From Eubacteriales bacterium (GTDB lineage: Bacteria; Bacillota; Clostridia; Oscillospirales; CAG-272), in assembly GCA_045124835.1 (NCBI GenBank), contig JBGVMO010000124.1:1-60537 (forward strand): a stretch of 60,537 nucleotides of DNA. The letters run 5' to 3'. Under the pieces are notes generated by a model. The model was not told the origin of the DNA, did not search any database, and saw only the letters and a program-made list of their open reading frames with translations. How positions within the stretch are numbered: position 1 is the stretch's first letter; every line of letters begins with the position of its first letter. Below are positions 42,279-50,769 of this stretch, piece by piece. The position numbers and the translations under genes are program-made.

Positions 42279-43645
42279 AGTGGTTCTCCGTATTTTTGTT
42301 TTAGGTATCGCTTTTGCTCGTCGGAGGCATGGCGGTAGTCCTCCCACAAGTCGTCGTTCCACGCGCGCCGCTTCGTTGCCCCCTCCTCCTTGGCGGCGCG
42401 CGTGAAGGTGATGGCAAAGCCGCGCAAGGCGTCGGGCGCGTGGGTAATGGCGTGGGGTTCGGTCAAAACGTCACTTGGTGCATCGGGGTTTATCTGGAGC
42501 ATCGGCAAGCAACGGCAAAGCTCGCGGCACTGTCTGAAAATGCGCAGGCGAGGCGTTCCGTCTTCACGAATTTTAAGCAATTCCTTCAGGGCAAGCCAAC
42601 CGGTCTCGCGGTTGTTGCCGGATCGTGTGAAGCTGACGCCGTGCTCTGCAAAAAGAAGTGCCTTGCTCTTTCCTGTTTCTTGCGAACGGCTCCATAAATC
42701 AGGCGGTGCCAAGGTGGCGTAAATTTTGTCCTCCCCGTTCCGTTTTCGTATGGCGGCGGCCGCCTCCGAGATAATGAGATTTGACTCGCAAAGCTCCTTG
42801 TAAACATAAACGTCCTCGTTTGGTGCAATAGCCACCCATAAGCAAGCCAGTCGGTCAAGTCCGTAATCAATCGTGCGATACCGTCGCCAGTCGGACGGAA
42901 TGGGAAAGGGGTCAACCACGTGAAGCGCCTCGGAAAATTCGGGGAAGTACTGCCCCTCAAAAATGTTCCAGTCGCCGTACAGTAGGGCTTTCCGTTGGGC
43001 CTCGGGAAGCTCAAGCAGGCGCTTTTTGTAGTCTGGGTCGCCCTCCGTCAAGAAAAGATTGTCATCAATAAAGGAGGGAAGAAAAATGCGGGAGTTCTTT
43101 CCCTCGGAAAAGAGGGTATTGGGAGGAGAAGGATCGATAAACCGTTCCTTAACCCAGGCGTGCCCAATGCCACCGGGGTTGGTGGAGGATTTCACCTGCT
43201 TCGGATAGCCGTTGGCCCCACGCAAACGGGAGATCAGATACAGGTATTGAAATTCGGTGAAGTGCGTCAGCTCGTCAAAGCGGATAACGTCGTATTCGGC
43301 GGACTGATACTGGAAAACGTCGTTCTCCACGGCGCAGTACCCGAAGTCAATGACGCTGCCGTTTTTGAATTTCCCTGTGTGATTTGAGGAATTGTAACGG
43401 TAGATTTCATTGGGGTAAAGACCGAGGGAAACGCGGATAAGGGATTTTTCCAGCTCTGCATAGGTGCGCCGCAGAATCAGCTGCTTGGATGCAGGATAGC
43501 GCAAGGCGTACACGAACGCGTCCACCAACTGTCCGTAGGATTTCCCGCCGCCCGCCGCCCCGCCAAACAGAACCTCTGTGGCGGTGGACGAAAGGAAATC
43601 GTATTGCCGTTTTGTAACGGATAAGGAAAGCTCGGTGCTTTTCAT
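42275..43645 (-). CDS. terL: terminase large subunit
   Basis: Start trimmed to ATG 43645 (MKSTELSLS...), which overlaps the TerS stop as ATGA. It has Walker A LFGGAAGGGKSYG and Walker B YDVIRFDELTHF. The C-terminal nuclease-like region includes RTIDYGLDRLACLWVA. Confidence 0.88.
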   Translation of the reverse strand: MKSTELSLSVTKRQYDFLSSTATEVLFGGAAGGGKSYGQLVDAFVYALRYPASKQLILRRTYAELEKSLIRVSLGLYPNEIYRYNSSNHTGKFKNGSVIDFGYCAVENDVFQYQSAEYDVIRFDELTHFTEFQYLYLISRLRGANGYPKQVKSSTNPGGIGHAWVKERFIDPSPPNTLFSEGKNSRIFLPSFIDDNLFLTEGDPDYKKRLLELPEAQRKALLYGDWNIFEGQYFPEFSEALHVVDPFPIPSDWRRYRTIDYGLDRLACLWVAIAPNEDVYVYKELCESNLIISEAAAAIRKRNGEDKIYATLAPPDLWSRSQETGKSKALLFAEHGVSFTRSGNNRETGWLALKELLKIREDGTPRLRIFRQCRELCRCLPMLQINPDAPSDVLTEPHAITHAPDALRGFAITFTRAAKEEGATKRRAWNDDLWEDYRHASDEQKRYLKQKYGEPL

Positions 43646-44019
43646 TCTGTCGGCTCCTTCACCGAAACGGTAAGGGAGAAGGCCTCTGTCCCACCGTCCT
43701 CCTCCTTGTCGGAGTAGCCGTAGCGCGCGGACAAAAGAAATTTGGCAAAGGAGGAATCCAAACGGCGACAGAGCGCCCCATCCGTGATTCTGTCCTTCAA
43801 AATTTCCTCGCATTCCTCGTAGGCCTCCTTGAAGGCCTCGCTCTTTTCCCGCAAAAGAGAGAGCGCCTTAACAGAAAGGCCTTCTCTTCTTCCAAAGCGG
43901 ACAAAGGAGGGAAGAAGCTCCTTGTATTCGCTGCCCTCGCAGCCTGCCGTTTCAAAATAATGAAGCATTTTTTTCGCTAAGCGCGCCTCGGTGCTTGCTT
44001 TTTCGGCCTCGTTTTCCAT
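43642..44019 (-). CDS. terminase small subunit-like protein
   Basis: ATG 44019 follows GGAAAGGAAC. 125 aa and helical, immediately upstream of TerL and coupled to it. ...SSFAKFLLSARYGYSDKEE resembles TerS C-termini. Confidence 0.5.
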   Translation of the reverse strand: MENEAEKASTEARLAKKMLHYFETAGCEGSEYKELLPSFVRFGRREGLSVKALSLLREKSEAFKEAYEECEEILKDRITDGALCRRLDSSFAKFLLSARYGYSDKEEDGGTEAFSLTVSVKEPTE

Positions 44020-44047
44020 AGAGTTCCTTTCCCTTTCGTTTTGCTTT

Positions 44048-44080
44048 GGGAAAGAAAAAGAGGCTTCGCGGCCCGAAGCC
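44048..44080 (-). terminator. terminator-like hairpin with U-tract in the leader of the phage-like operon
   Basis: The minus-strand RNA reads GGCUUCG-ggccg-CGAAGCC-UCUUUUUCUUU and ends ~28 nt before the TerS ATG. Confidence 0.45.
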
Positions 44081-44187
44081 CCCGGCGACTTTCTCCTCCC
44101 GTATGTATTGTAGGGCAAATGACGCTTGAAGGGGGGCTAAGGCTTCGGGGCTTTTTTTGACCCTTTTTGGTTTTTTTGCCTTTTCTC

Positions 44188-44216
44188 TTGAAAAGCGAGG
44201 GAAGCTGTGCTACAAT
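44188..44216 (+). promoter_or_regulatory. sigma-A type promoter with extended -10 (TTGAAA-17-TGcTACAAT)
   Basis: TTGAAA at 44188-44193 and TACAAT at 44211-44216, upstream of the DUF554 gene. Confidence 0.55.
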
Positions 44217-44247
44217 AGGAGAAAATTAAAAAGAAAAGAGCGAAAGA

Positions 44248-45036
44248 ATGTTTTTACTTGGCAGTATCGTGAATTTTGCCGCCGTTCTTGTCGGTGGCGT
44301 CTTGGGCGCGCTTTTGCATAAGGGAATCCCCGAGCGCATCAGCAAGGCGGTCTTGCAGGGGGTTGGTCTTTGCGTTTTGTATTTAGGCCTTTCGGATTTA
44401 ATCGGCTATGCCACGGTTTATTCCAAAACGGAGGGACTTTCCTCTTACCATATTCTGATTCCTATTTTGTCTATGGCACTTGGCGTTGCGCTTGGAGAAT
44501 GGATAGATATTGAGCGCCGTATGCGAACGCTTGGCGACTTTGTGCAGAAAAAGCTGACCCCCAAGGCATCGGCCGACGGAAAAGAAAAAGCCCCGCCGCG
44601 CTTGGCGGAGGGGTTCGTGACGGCGTCCGTTATCTTTTGTGTTGGTGCAATGGCCATCATCGGCTCCTTGCGCGACGGGCTTTTCGGCGATTCGCAGATT
44701 TTGATTGCCAAGTCGCTGCTTGACGGAATTACGGGCTTCGTGCTTGCTACCTCGCTTGGCATCGGCGTTTCTCTTTCCGCCTTTCCCGTTTTTATCTATC
44801 AAGGCCTTTTAAGCACGGCGGCCTTCTTGGTCGGCAAGCTGATTGCGGGGAATATGGGCGCCGCGGCGGACGTTTCGGCGATGCTTTCCGCACTTCCTTC
44901 TATCAATGAAATGACCTGCGTTGGCGGTCTGATTATCATTTCTATCGGCTTGAATCTGATGGGCGTTTCCAAGCTGCGCGTGGCCAATATGCTTCCCGCC
45001 TTGGTCATTCCCTTTTTGCTGTGCCTGTTGCTTTGA
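44248..45036 (+). CDS. DUF554-family membrane protein
   Basis: 262-aa polytopic protein. The N-terminus MFLLGSIVNFAAVLVGGVLGALL matches my memory of the DUF554/YdfK-like family. Confidence 0.7.
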   Translation: MFLLGSIVNFAAVLVGGVLGALLHKGIPERISKAVLQGVGLCVLYLGLSDLIGYATVYSKTEGLSSYHILIPILSMALGVALGEWIDIERRMRTLGDFVQKKLTPKASADGKEKAPPRLAEGFVTASVIFCVGAMAIIGSLRDGLFGDSQILIAKSLLDGITGFVLATSLGIGVSLSAFPVFIYQGLLSTAAFLVGKLIAGNMGAAADVSAMLSALPSINEMTCVGGLIIISIGLNLMGVSKLRVANMLPALVIPFLLCLLL

Positions 45037-45054
45037 AAATCTACAATAAAAAAG

Positions 45055-45089
45055 AAAAAGCCGATATGGAAAACCATATCGGCTTTTTG
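45055..45089. terminator. bidirectional intrinsic terminator
   Basis: aaaaAGCCGATATGG-aaaa-CCATATCGGCTtttt. Confidence 0.75.
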
Positions 45090-45154
45090 AATAAAACGGG
45101 CTGTCTTATTGGAGGCAGCCCGCATCATTTTGTGCCAACAAAGGCACAAAGAGC

Positions 45155-45182
45155 AAAAAAGGAGCCGCAACGGCTCCTTTTT
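45155..45182. terminator. bidirectional intrinsic terminator (serves pgsA on the minus strand)
   Basis: aaaaaaGGAGCCG-caa-CGGCTCCttttt. Confidence 0.75.
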
Positions 45183-45211
45183 GGTGACTCGCGAACAGCG
45201 AGGCAGCTCTT

Positions 45212-45805
45212 TTATTCGTTCGTATCAATAAGAGGGAAGAGGGCAACGGCGTAATCAATGCCCGAAAAGATGGTTGTGAAGGTCATAGCACCCATGGCGA
45301 TATAGGAAACCAGTCGGTTTTGCAAGAAGGGAAAAAGGTCGCCTAAAATGGGGTCGATGAAAATCAGAAGAAAGCCGACGATTTGCGAAACCGTTTTGAG
45401 CTTTCCAAAGAAGGAGGCGGCAACCACCGTTCCGCTTTTGCCTGCAACAACGAGGCGAAGCGAGGTAACGGCAAGCTCGCGGAACATAATGATGGCGGCA
45501 ACCCAAACCAAGACGGGCGCAATTTTCGTGTCGGTTACCAGAAGGGAAATCAAGGCACCGAACACCATAAACTTGTCGGCCAAGGGGTCAATCAGCTTGC
45601 CGAAATCGGTAACGAGGTTGCGCTTTCTGGCAATGTAGCCGTCTAAAAAGTCGGTGAAGGAGGCAAGCGCGAAAATCAAAAGGGGAACGATTCTGCCCCA
45701 AATGGCAATTTCCTGCATAAAAAGAAGGGTTGCCATAAACGCAGGCACCATTGCCACGCGGAGCAGGGAAAGCACGTTGGGAAGATTGAGACTTTTCTTT
45801 TGCAT
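45212..45805 (-). CDS. pgsA: CDP-diacylglycerol--glycerol-3-phosphate 3-phosphatidyltransferase
   Basis: CDP-alcohol phosphatidyltransferase motif DFLDGYIARKRNLVTDFGKLIDPLADK. 197 aa, multi-TM. Confidence 0.88.
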   Translation of the reverse strand: MQKKSLNLPNVLSLLRVAMVPAFMATLLFMQEIAIWGRIVPLLIFALASFTDFLDGYIARKRNLVTDFGKLIDPLADKFMVFGALISLLVTDTKIAPVLVWVAAIIMFRELAVTSLRLVVAGKSGTVVAASFFGKLKTVSQIVGFLLIFIDPILGDLFPFLQNRLVSYIAMGAMTFTTIFSGIDYAVALFPLIDTNE

Positions 45806-45807
45806 GG

Positions 45808-47148
45808 TTAAGACTCCTTTGCTTTTTCTACGGCAAAGCCGATTAAATCGTAATCCAAGGCTTCCGTGATATGCACAAGGACGAACTCGCCCTCGGAAAG
45901 CTTCTTTTTGGAGGAAAAATAAATTTTTCCGTCAACGTCGGGCGCATCTGCCTCGGAGCGACCGAAATACACCTTGGCAACGGCGTCATACCCCTCGCAA
46001 AGCACGGGCACAACCGCACCGATTTTCTCCTCCTGCAAGGCGGCGGAAATATCAAGCTGCAGCTGCATTAAGACATCGTATCTGTCTTGCTTTACCTGCT
46101 CGTCAATCTGATTGTCGAGCGAGGCGGCCGCCGTGCCCTCCTCGGCTGAGTAAGTAAAGGCGCCAAAGCGATCAAAGCGCGTTTCCTTCACAAAGGTGGC
46201 AAGTGCCTCAAAATCCTCGTCGGTCTCGCCCGGGAAGCCGACCATGGCGGTGGTGCGCAGGGTGATGCCGGGAACGCCATCGCGCAGGCGCTTGACCGTG
46301 TCGGCAATGAGCGCAGAATCTCCGTGGCGGTTCATGGCCTTCAAAACGGGGTCGGCGTAATGCTGAATGGGAATATCCATATATTTGACAAGACGCGGAT
46401 TGTCGCGCAGCTCATCAATCAGCTCGTCCGTGATTTTGTCGGGATAGCAGTAAAGCAGGCGAATCCAAGGAATACTCGTTTCGGCGCAGATGGCGCGAAC
46501 GAGCCGCGCAAGTGCATATTCTCCGTAAATATCGAGGCCGTAGCGTGTGGTGTCCTGCGCGATGAGGTTAAGCTCCTTGACGCCGAGGGCTTCAAGCTCC
46601 TTGGCCTCCTTGACAATATCCTCTACCGTGCGGGAGCGGAAGCGGCCGCGAATGAGAGGAATGGCGCAGTAGGTGCAGAGATTGTCACAGCCCTCGGCAA
46701 CCTTTAAATAGGCCGTGTAGGCGGGCGTTGTCAAAACGCGCTCGCCGCCAAGAGAGGCCGTTTCCTTGTCAAGAAAGACGGAAACCCCGCGCTCGCCGTT
46801 TTCCAAGCGCTGAACGGCATTGACAATTTCCGAAAGAGAACCAACGCCAAGCACGCCGTCAACCTCGGGCAGCTGGGCAAGAATTTCCTCGCGGTAACGC
46901 TCGGCAAGGCAGCCAACGCACAAAATGGCCTTTAGGCTCCCCTCCTTCTTCAGCTCTGCCATCTCCAGAATGGTGTCGATGGACTCCTGCTTGGCAGTGG
47001 CGATGAAGCCGCAGGTGTTGATAATGAGAATGTCTGCCTCGCATTCGTCGGGCGTAATTTCATACCCCGCCTCTACGAGCTTATGTAGCATAACCTCGGT
47101 ATCCACGAGGTTTTTAGAGCATCCAAGAGAAATAAAACCGATTTTCAT
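45808..47148 (-). CDS. rimO: ribosomal protein S12 methylthiotransferase RimO
   Basis: MKIGFISLGCSKNLVDTE..., then INTCGFI, the radical-SAM motif CDNLCTYCAIP and a C-terminal TRAM-like domain. I chose ATG 47148, which lies 6 nt after GGAG. Starts at 47154 or 47160 are also possible. Confidence 0.82.
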   Translation of the reverse strand: MKIGFISLGCSKNLVDTEVMLHKLVEAGYEITPDECEADILIINTCGFIATAKQESIDTILEMAELKKEGSLKAILCVGCLAERYREEILAQLPEVDGVLGVGSLSEIVNAVQRLENGERGVSVFLDKETASLGGERVLTTPAYTAYLKVAEGCDNLCTYCAIPLIRGRFRSRTVEDIVKEAKELEALGVKELNLIAQDTTRYGLDIYGEYALARLVRAICAETSIPWIRLLYCYPDKITDELIDELRDNPRLVKYMDIPIQHYADPVLKAMNRHGDSALIADTVKRLRDGVPGITLRTTAMVGFPGETDEDFEALATFVKETRFDRFGAFTYSAEEGTAAASLDNQIDEQVKQDRYDVLMQLQLDISAALQEEKIGAVVPVLCEGYDAVAKVYFGRSEADAPDVDGKIYFSSKKKLSEGEFVLVHITEALDYDLIGFAVEKAKES

Positions 47149-47188
47149 AAGCATCTCCATGCCGCCCTTGGCGGCTCAAAAAGAATCA

Positions 47189-47713
47189 TTATTTCAGAAA
47201 TTTGGCAATGCGCGGCCGAATTTTAAAGGCGTAAAAGGTCACAAGACGGGAAAGGACGATGTCATAAAGAACGAAAACAAGCATCACGCCACCGTTGAAA
47301 ATCCAGAAAAGAACGCTTGTCGGCATCAGGGCATCGGGCAGCATAAAGACGAAGGTGCCCAGAAGAAAGTATGCCCAAAAGGCAAGCTGACAAAGGCAGA
47401 GCTTCAAAACCCATTCCAAAATGCGCGGCAAATTTTCAAGCGCCGTTTTTAAAATGGGATAAAAGCCGAAGAAAACGGCGTAAAGCAGGGGCGCGACCTT
47501 TGGCGTCACCAAAAGCAAGGATAAAAGCGAGGTAACGGCCCAAAGCAGCCAAGGGTAAGATTTGCGGAATTCTAAATGCGCGAATAAAACGGGAAGCGAG
47601 GCGATGACGGCCATGGATAAATCCAAAACGTTAAAGAGGGCGCCAATCGCAAGCAAAACCACCGAAAAGGCGGCGAGCATCGCGCAAACGGTTATTTTTT
47701 TCGTTTCTTTCAC
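47189..47713 (-). CDS. polytopic membrane protein, unknown function
   Basis: Start trimmed to GTG 47713 after GAGGAAA. This avoids overlap with the J-domain gene. It has about five hydrophobic helices. Confidence 0.5.
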   Translation of the reverse strand: MKETKKITVCAMLAAFSVVLLAIGALFNVLDLSMAVIASLPVLFAHLEFRKSYPWLLWAVTSLLSLLLVTPKVAPLLYAVFFGFYPILKTALENLPRILEWVLKLCLCQLAFWAYFLLGTFVFMLPDALMPTSVLFWIFNGGVMLVFVLYDIVLSRLVTFYAFKIRPRIAKFLK

Positions 47714-47748
47714 GGTTGTTTCCTCGTAAAAGGATTTTACGGATTGCG

Positions 47749-48354
47749 TCAGCAGCAGGGGATGAGGTCGCCGCCAAGGCACTCACAGCAGCAGTCTGCC
47801 CAGAGCAGACCGAAGCAAAGGTCACATCCGTCGCTTTGGCGGCGGGAGGTATAGCCCGTTTGCTGATAGTAGTTCTGCCCGAAGCCTGCACCTTGCTGGT
47901 TGAACATTTGCTTGGCTTGCTGGTATTCCTGATTGGTCGGATCCATATTGCAGGCGATTTCAAGCTCGCGCGCGGCATCGTTTACAAAGCCCTTTTGCAT
48001 GAGCACGATGCTTTGCAAATAGTGCCAGTCGGCTGTGCGCTCCTCTGCGGGAATGGCAGAGAGGGCCGCGGCGGCCTCGCGGAAGCGGCGCGCCTGCACC
48101 ATGGCGCGAATGTCGGCATAGGTGTAGCTTTTGCCGTTTTCCGTGTGATGGGCGGTGCCCCTTGCGCGCTCTCTTTGAATTTGCTCGTAGGCCTCGTTGA
48201 TTTCCTTCATCTTTTCGGTTGCAAGGTCGGCCAAGGGGTTGTCTGCGGTATAGTTGTCGGGGTGGTATTTTCTCGCCAAGGCGCGATACGCGTTTTTGAC
48301 CTCGGTATCGGTGGCATCGGGTGAAATGCCCAAAACCTTATAGGGATTGCTCAT
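47749..48354 (-). CDS. J-domain protein with TPR-like middle and C-terminal cysteine string
   Basis: J domain [33 protein letters not shown] with the HPD motif. The C-terminus [26 protein letters not shown] has 9 Cys in the last 26 aa. Confidence 0.85.
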   Translation of the reverse strand: MSNPYKVLGISPDATDTEVKNAYRALARKYHPDNYTADNPLADLATEKMKEINEAYEQIQRERARGTAHHTENGKSYTYADIRAMVQARRFREAAAALSAIPAEERTADWHYLQSIVLMQKGFVNDAARELEIACNMDPTNQEYQQAKQMFNQQGAGFGQNYYQQTGYTSRRQSDGCDLCFGLLWADCCCECLGGDLIPCC

Positions 48355-49222
48355 AGGAAGCTCCTTTCTGCTTAGCGTCTTCGGGCAGAAGGAAGCGGAT
48401 GCGCTCGCGGAGCCCGAGATACACGGTGTTTTTGATAATGTGCTCTGCCGCGGCCTTTTGACCGAAGGGGAGCGTTTCTACGTAATTGGCCAGCTGCTGT
48501 AATTCATAGAGCAGGGCTGTATAAATGTTTTGATTGGTGTCCTTTTGATTGTATGCGTCGCCGTACAGCAAAAGAAAAGGATTGTAATTCTTTTTCTTTT
48601 TGTCCTTTTCTCTGTCCTCAGCGGCGTCTGCAATATAAATGTAGCGCCCAAGGTGAAGGCCGATTTGGTAGTAGGCCTCGGCCTTGTCCTCTTCAACGCC
48701 CTCCTTGAAAATTTCGCCGAGCATCGCGCCGAAGGCCTCCGCAGGTAAATCCACCGAGGCGGCCTTGTCCTTTTCCAGCGCATAAAGCTCGTCTAAATGC
48801 AGGCGGATTTTTTCGGCAAGCGCAGGAAGTGCTGCGCGCCGCTTGGCTCTTTTGAAATAGGGAAGCCAGAAAAGCGCAAAGCATTTTTTGAAAAAGCCGC
48901 CGTCGTGCAGGGTGTCTCTCAGCTTTTCATAGGAAAGGATGGCGTAAACCCTTGCGGCATAGGAAAGGTCAGGGTCATTGCATAGGCAAGCGCGCTTGCG
49001 GAAGGGATGGGCGATACAGGCCTTTTTTTTGCAATTTAAGGCGTTATCCTTCAAAAGCATACGGCAGAGCGCCAGAAAGACGGTATCGTAGGATAAAAGC
49101 ATAGAGGAGAAAATGCCCGTTTCCTTGCGTAAGGAGCGGCAGACACCGCAATAAATGGCACGGTAAAGCTCGTATTCCCGAACGAGAAGCTCGCTTTCTA
49201 AGGGCTTTACATATCCGAACAA
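48338..49222 (-). CDS. DUF5685-family protein
   Basis: The N-terminus [31 protein letters not shown] matches the DUF5685 signature as I remember it. It overlaps the J-domain gene by 17 nt. Confidence 0.6.
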   Translation of the reverse strand: MFGYVKPLESELLVREYELYRAIYCGVCRSLRKETGIFSSMLLSYDTVFLALCRMLLKDNALNCKKKACIAHPFRKRACLCNDPDLSYAARVYAILSYEKLRDTLHDGGFFKKCFALFWLPYFKRAKRRAALPALAEKIRLHLDELYALEKDKAASVDLPAEAFGAMLGEIFKEGVEEDKAEAYYQIGLHLGRYIYIADAAEDREKDKKKKNYNPFLLLYGDAYNQKDTNQNIYTALLYELQQLANYVETLPFGQKAAAEHIIKNTVYLGLRERIRFLLPEDAKQKGASYEQSL

Positions 49223-49296
49223 GTGGCCTTCCTCCTTTCTTTAAAATGCAAAGGCAGCATAACAAATCGGTGCGAGAAAAAGACAGGCGAAAAAAA

Positions 49297-50769
49297 TTAT
49301 CGCTTTTTCAAAAGCTTGCTCTTCATTTTTTGCAGCAAATCGAAAGCCAAGGCGTCGCGCAGCAAAAGAATCGAAAGCCCGTAAACGAGAACACCCGCAC
49401 CAACCAAAAGCGCGGTGTGGAGAATGGACGGAGAAAGCGACTTGGCGATGGGCGTGCAGACGATGAGCATGAGCCCTGCCGAAAAAAGCGGCTTCCAGAG
49501 GGGCGCGAAGATTTCGCGGAAGGAAAGCTCTCTTTTCACGAAGAAGAGCATCACAAGCGTGACAACCGCCTCTGAAATGACCGAGGCGAGAACGGCGCCC
49601 GTTGCCTTGTAAAAGTAAATCAAGGGGATGTTGAGCGCGAGGTTTGTCACTGCGCCTGAAAGAATGGCTGCGGTGAAGCGCTTGTCCTTCTTGCAGGGCA
49701 CGAGGTACTGCAAGCCAAAGACGTTGCTTAAGCCAATGATGAAGACTAGCGGTGCCAAGAGCTGTAAAAGCAGAATGCTCTCCATATAGGCAGAGCCCAA
49801 AAACCAAGGAATCAGATTTTCGGCAACCAGAACGAAGCCTGCCGTTAAGGGAATGCCGAGAAGAAACACGAAATGCGTGGATTTGTAAACATTTCTTTTC
49901 ACGGCGTCAAAATTCCCAAGCGCAAACTCGCGCGAGTTGCGGGGGATCATGACCGTTCCAAGCGCCGTTACCACGGTCATGGCACATTTGACTATCTTGT
50001 CAGCCTCCTCGTAATAGCCGTTTTGCGCGCTGTCCTGTGTGATGACGCCGATAAGCGTCTTGTCAAGAACGGTATAAAGGCTGATGGCAATGTTGGGGAT
50101 GAAAAGGCGCAAGGAGGGAAAAAAGTGCGTTAAGGGGGAAAGATGCAAGGAAACGGGCTTGCCGTTTTCATCCCTTTGCCGTCTTAAACGGGGGGCAGCA
50201 AAGGGCCAGAGCGCCAAATTGCTGACTATCAGCACCAAGGAATTCAAAAGGGCGTAAAGGCCAACATCCTCGGGCGTTTTAACAAAAAGGAAGATGCCTG
50301 TAACGCCAAGCAGCTTGACGAAGATGTTTATCAGCGTGGTTTTTCCGAACTCCTCGTTTCCCTGAAAGAAGAAAACGATGTCAACGGCGGTGGCAACGAT
50401 GTTGATGTTCAGAACGCACATCAAGGGGGCAATATCGCCGTAAAGGCCGAGGTGAATAAAAAGATTGTTCAGGAAAAGGCTTGCCGCAATGGGAATGAGG
50501 CGGCAGAGGAAAACCTCCCAGAAAACACGGGCTTGCTCCCTAGGGTTGTCCTGCCATTTCGCGATTTCTCTTTGGGCGTAGTAGCCGAAGCCCAAGGAGC
50601 CCAAAAGCGTGAAATAGGTGATAAAGGAAAAGGCAAGGCTGTAATCGCCAACACCTGCGGGCAAGAGCGCGCGCGAAACGTAGGGTGCTGTAACGATAGG
50701 CAGGAGAATCAGAAGAATCTGATAGGCTAAATTGTAAATATAATTGAGCTTTGCGCTTTTAGTTTTCAT
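49297..50769 (-). CDS. Wzx-type oligosaccharide flippase (polysaccharide biosynthesis protein, MOP superfamily)
   Basis: 490 aa with ~12-14 TM segments. The N-terminus NYIYNLAYQILLILLPIVTAPYVSRALLPAGVGDYS is typical. Confidence 0.8.
   Translation of the reverse strand: MKTKSAKLNYIYNLAYQILLILLPIVTAPYVSRALLPAGVGDYSLAFSFITYFTLLGSLGFGYYAQREIAKWQDNPREQARVFWEVFLCRLIPIAASLFLNNLFIHLGLYGDIAPLMCVLNINIVATAVDIVFFFQGNEEFGKTTLINIFVKLLGVTGIFLFVKTPEDVGLYALLNSLVLIVSNLALWPFAAPRLRRQRDENGKPVSLHLSPLTHFFPSLRLFIPNIAISLYTVLDKTLIGVITQDSAQNGYYEEADKIVKCAMTVVTALGTVMIPRNSREFALGNFDAVKRNVYKSTHFVFLLGIPLTAGFVLVAENLIPWFLGSAYMESILLLQLLAPLVFIIGLSNVFGLQYLVPCKKDKRFTAAILSGAVTNLALNIPLIYFYKATGAVLASVISEAVVTLVMLFFVKRELSFREIFAPLWKPLFSAGLMLIVCTPIAKSLSPSILHTALLVGAGVLVYGLSILLLRDALAFDLLQKMKSKLLKKR

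Larger units (their letters stand above)
29138..44019 (-). mobile_element. phage-derived virion-gene operon (defective prophage remnant or GTA-like domesticated locus); 18 co-directional ORFs
   Basis: Contains TerS-like, TerL, portal-sized, scaffold-like and capsid-like ORFs, then adaptor-sized, large LRR, fibre-like and XkdX ORFs, then membrane proteins. Four junctions overlap as ATGA. I recognise no integrase, replication or repressor ORF in or next to it. Confidence 0.75.

Noticed and set aside
29079-44247. Attachment-site direct repeats, an integrase or a tRNA target at the borders of the phage-like cluster
   Set aside because: I inspected 29079-29137 and 44020-44247 by eye. Only terminator and promoter elements are present, with no shared repeat of about 12 bp or more and no tRNA-like sequence. 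A computed repeat search is still needed.
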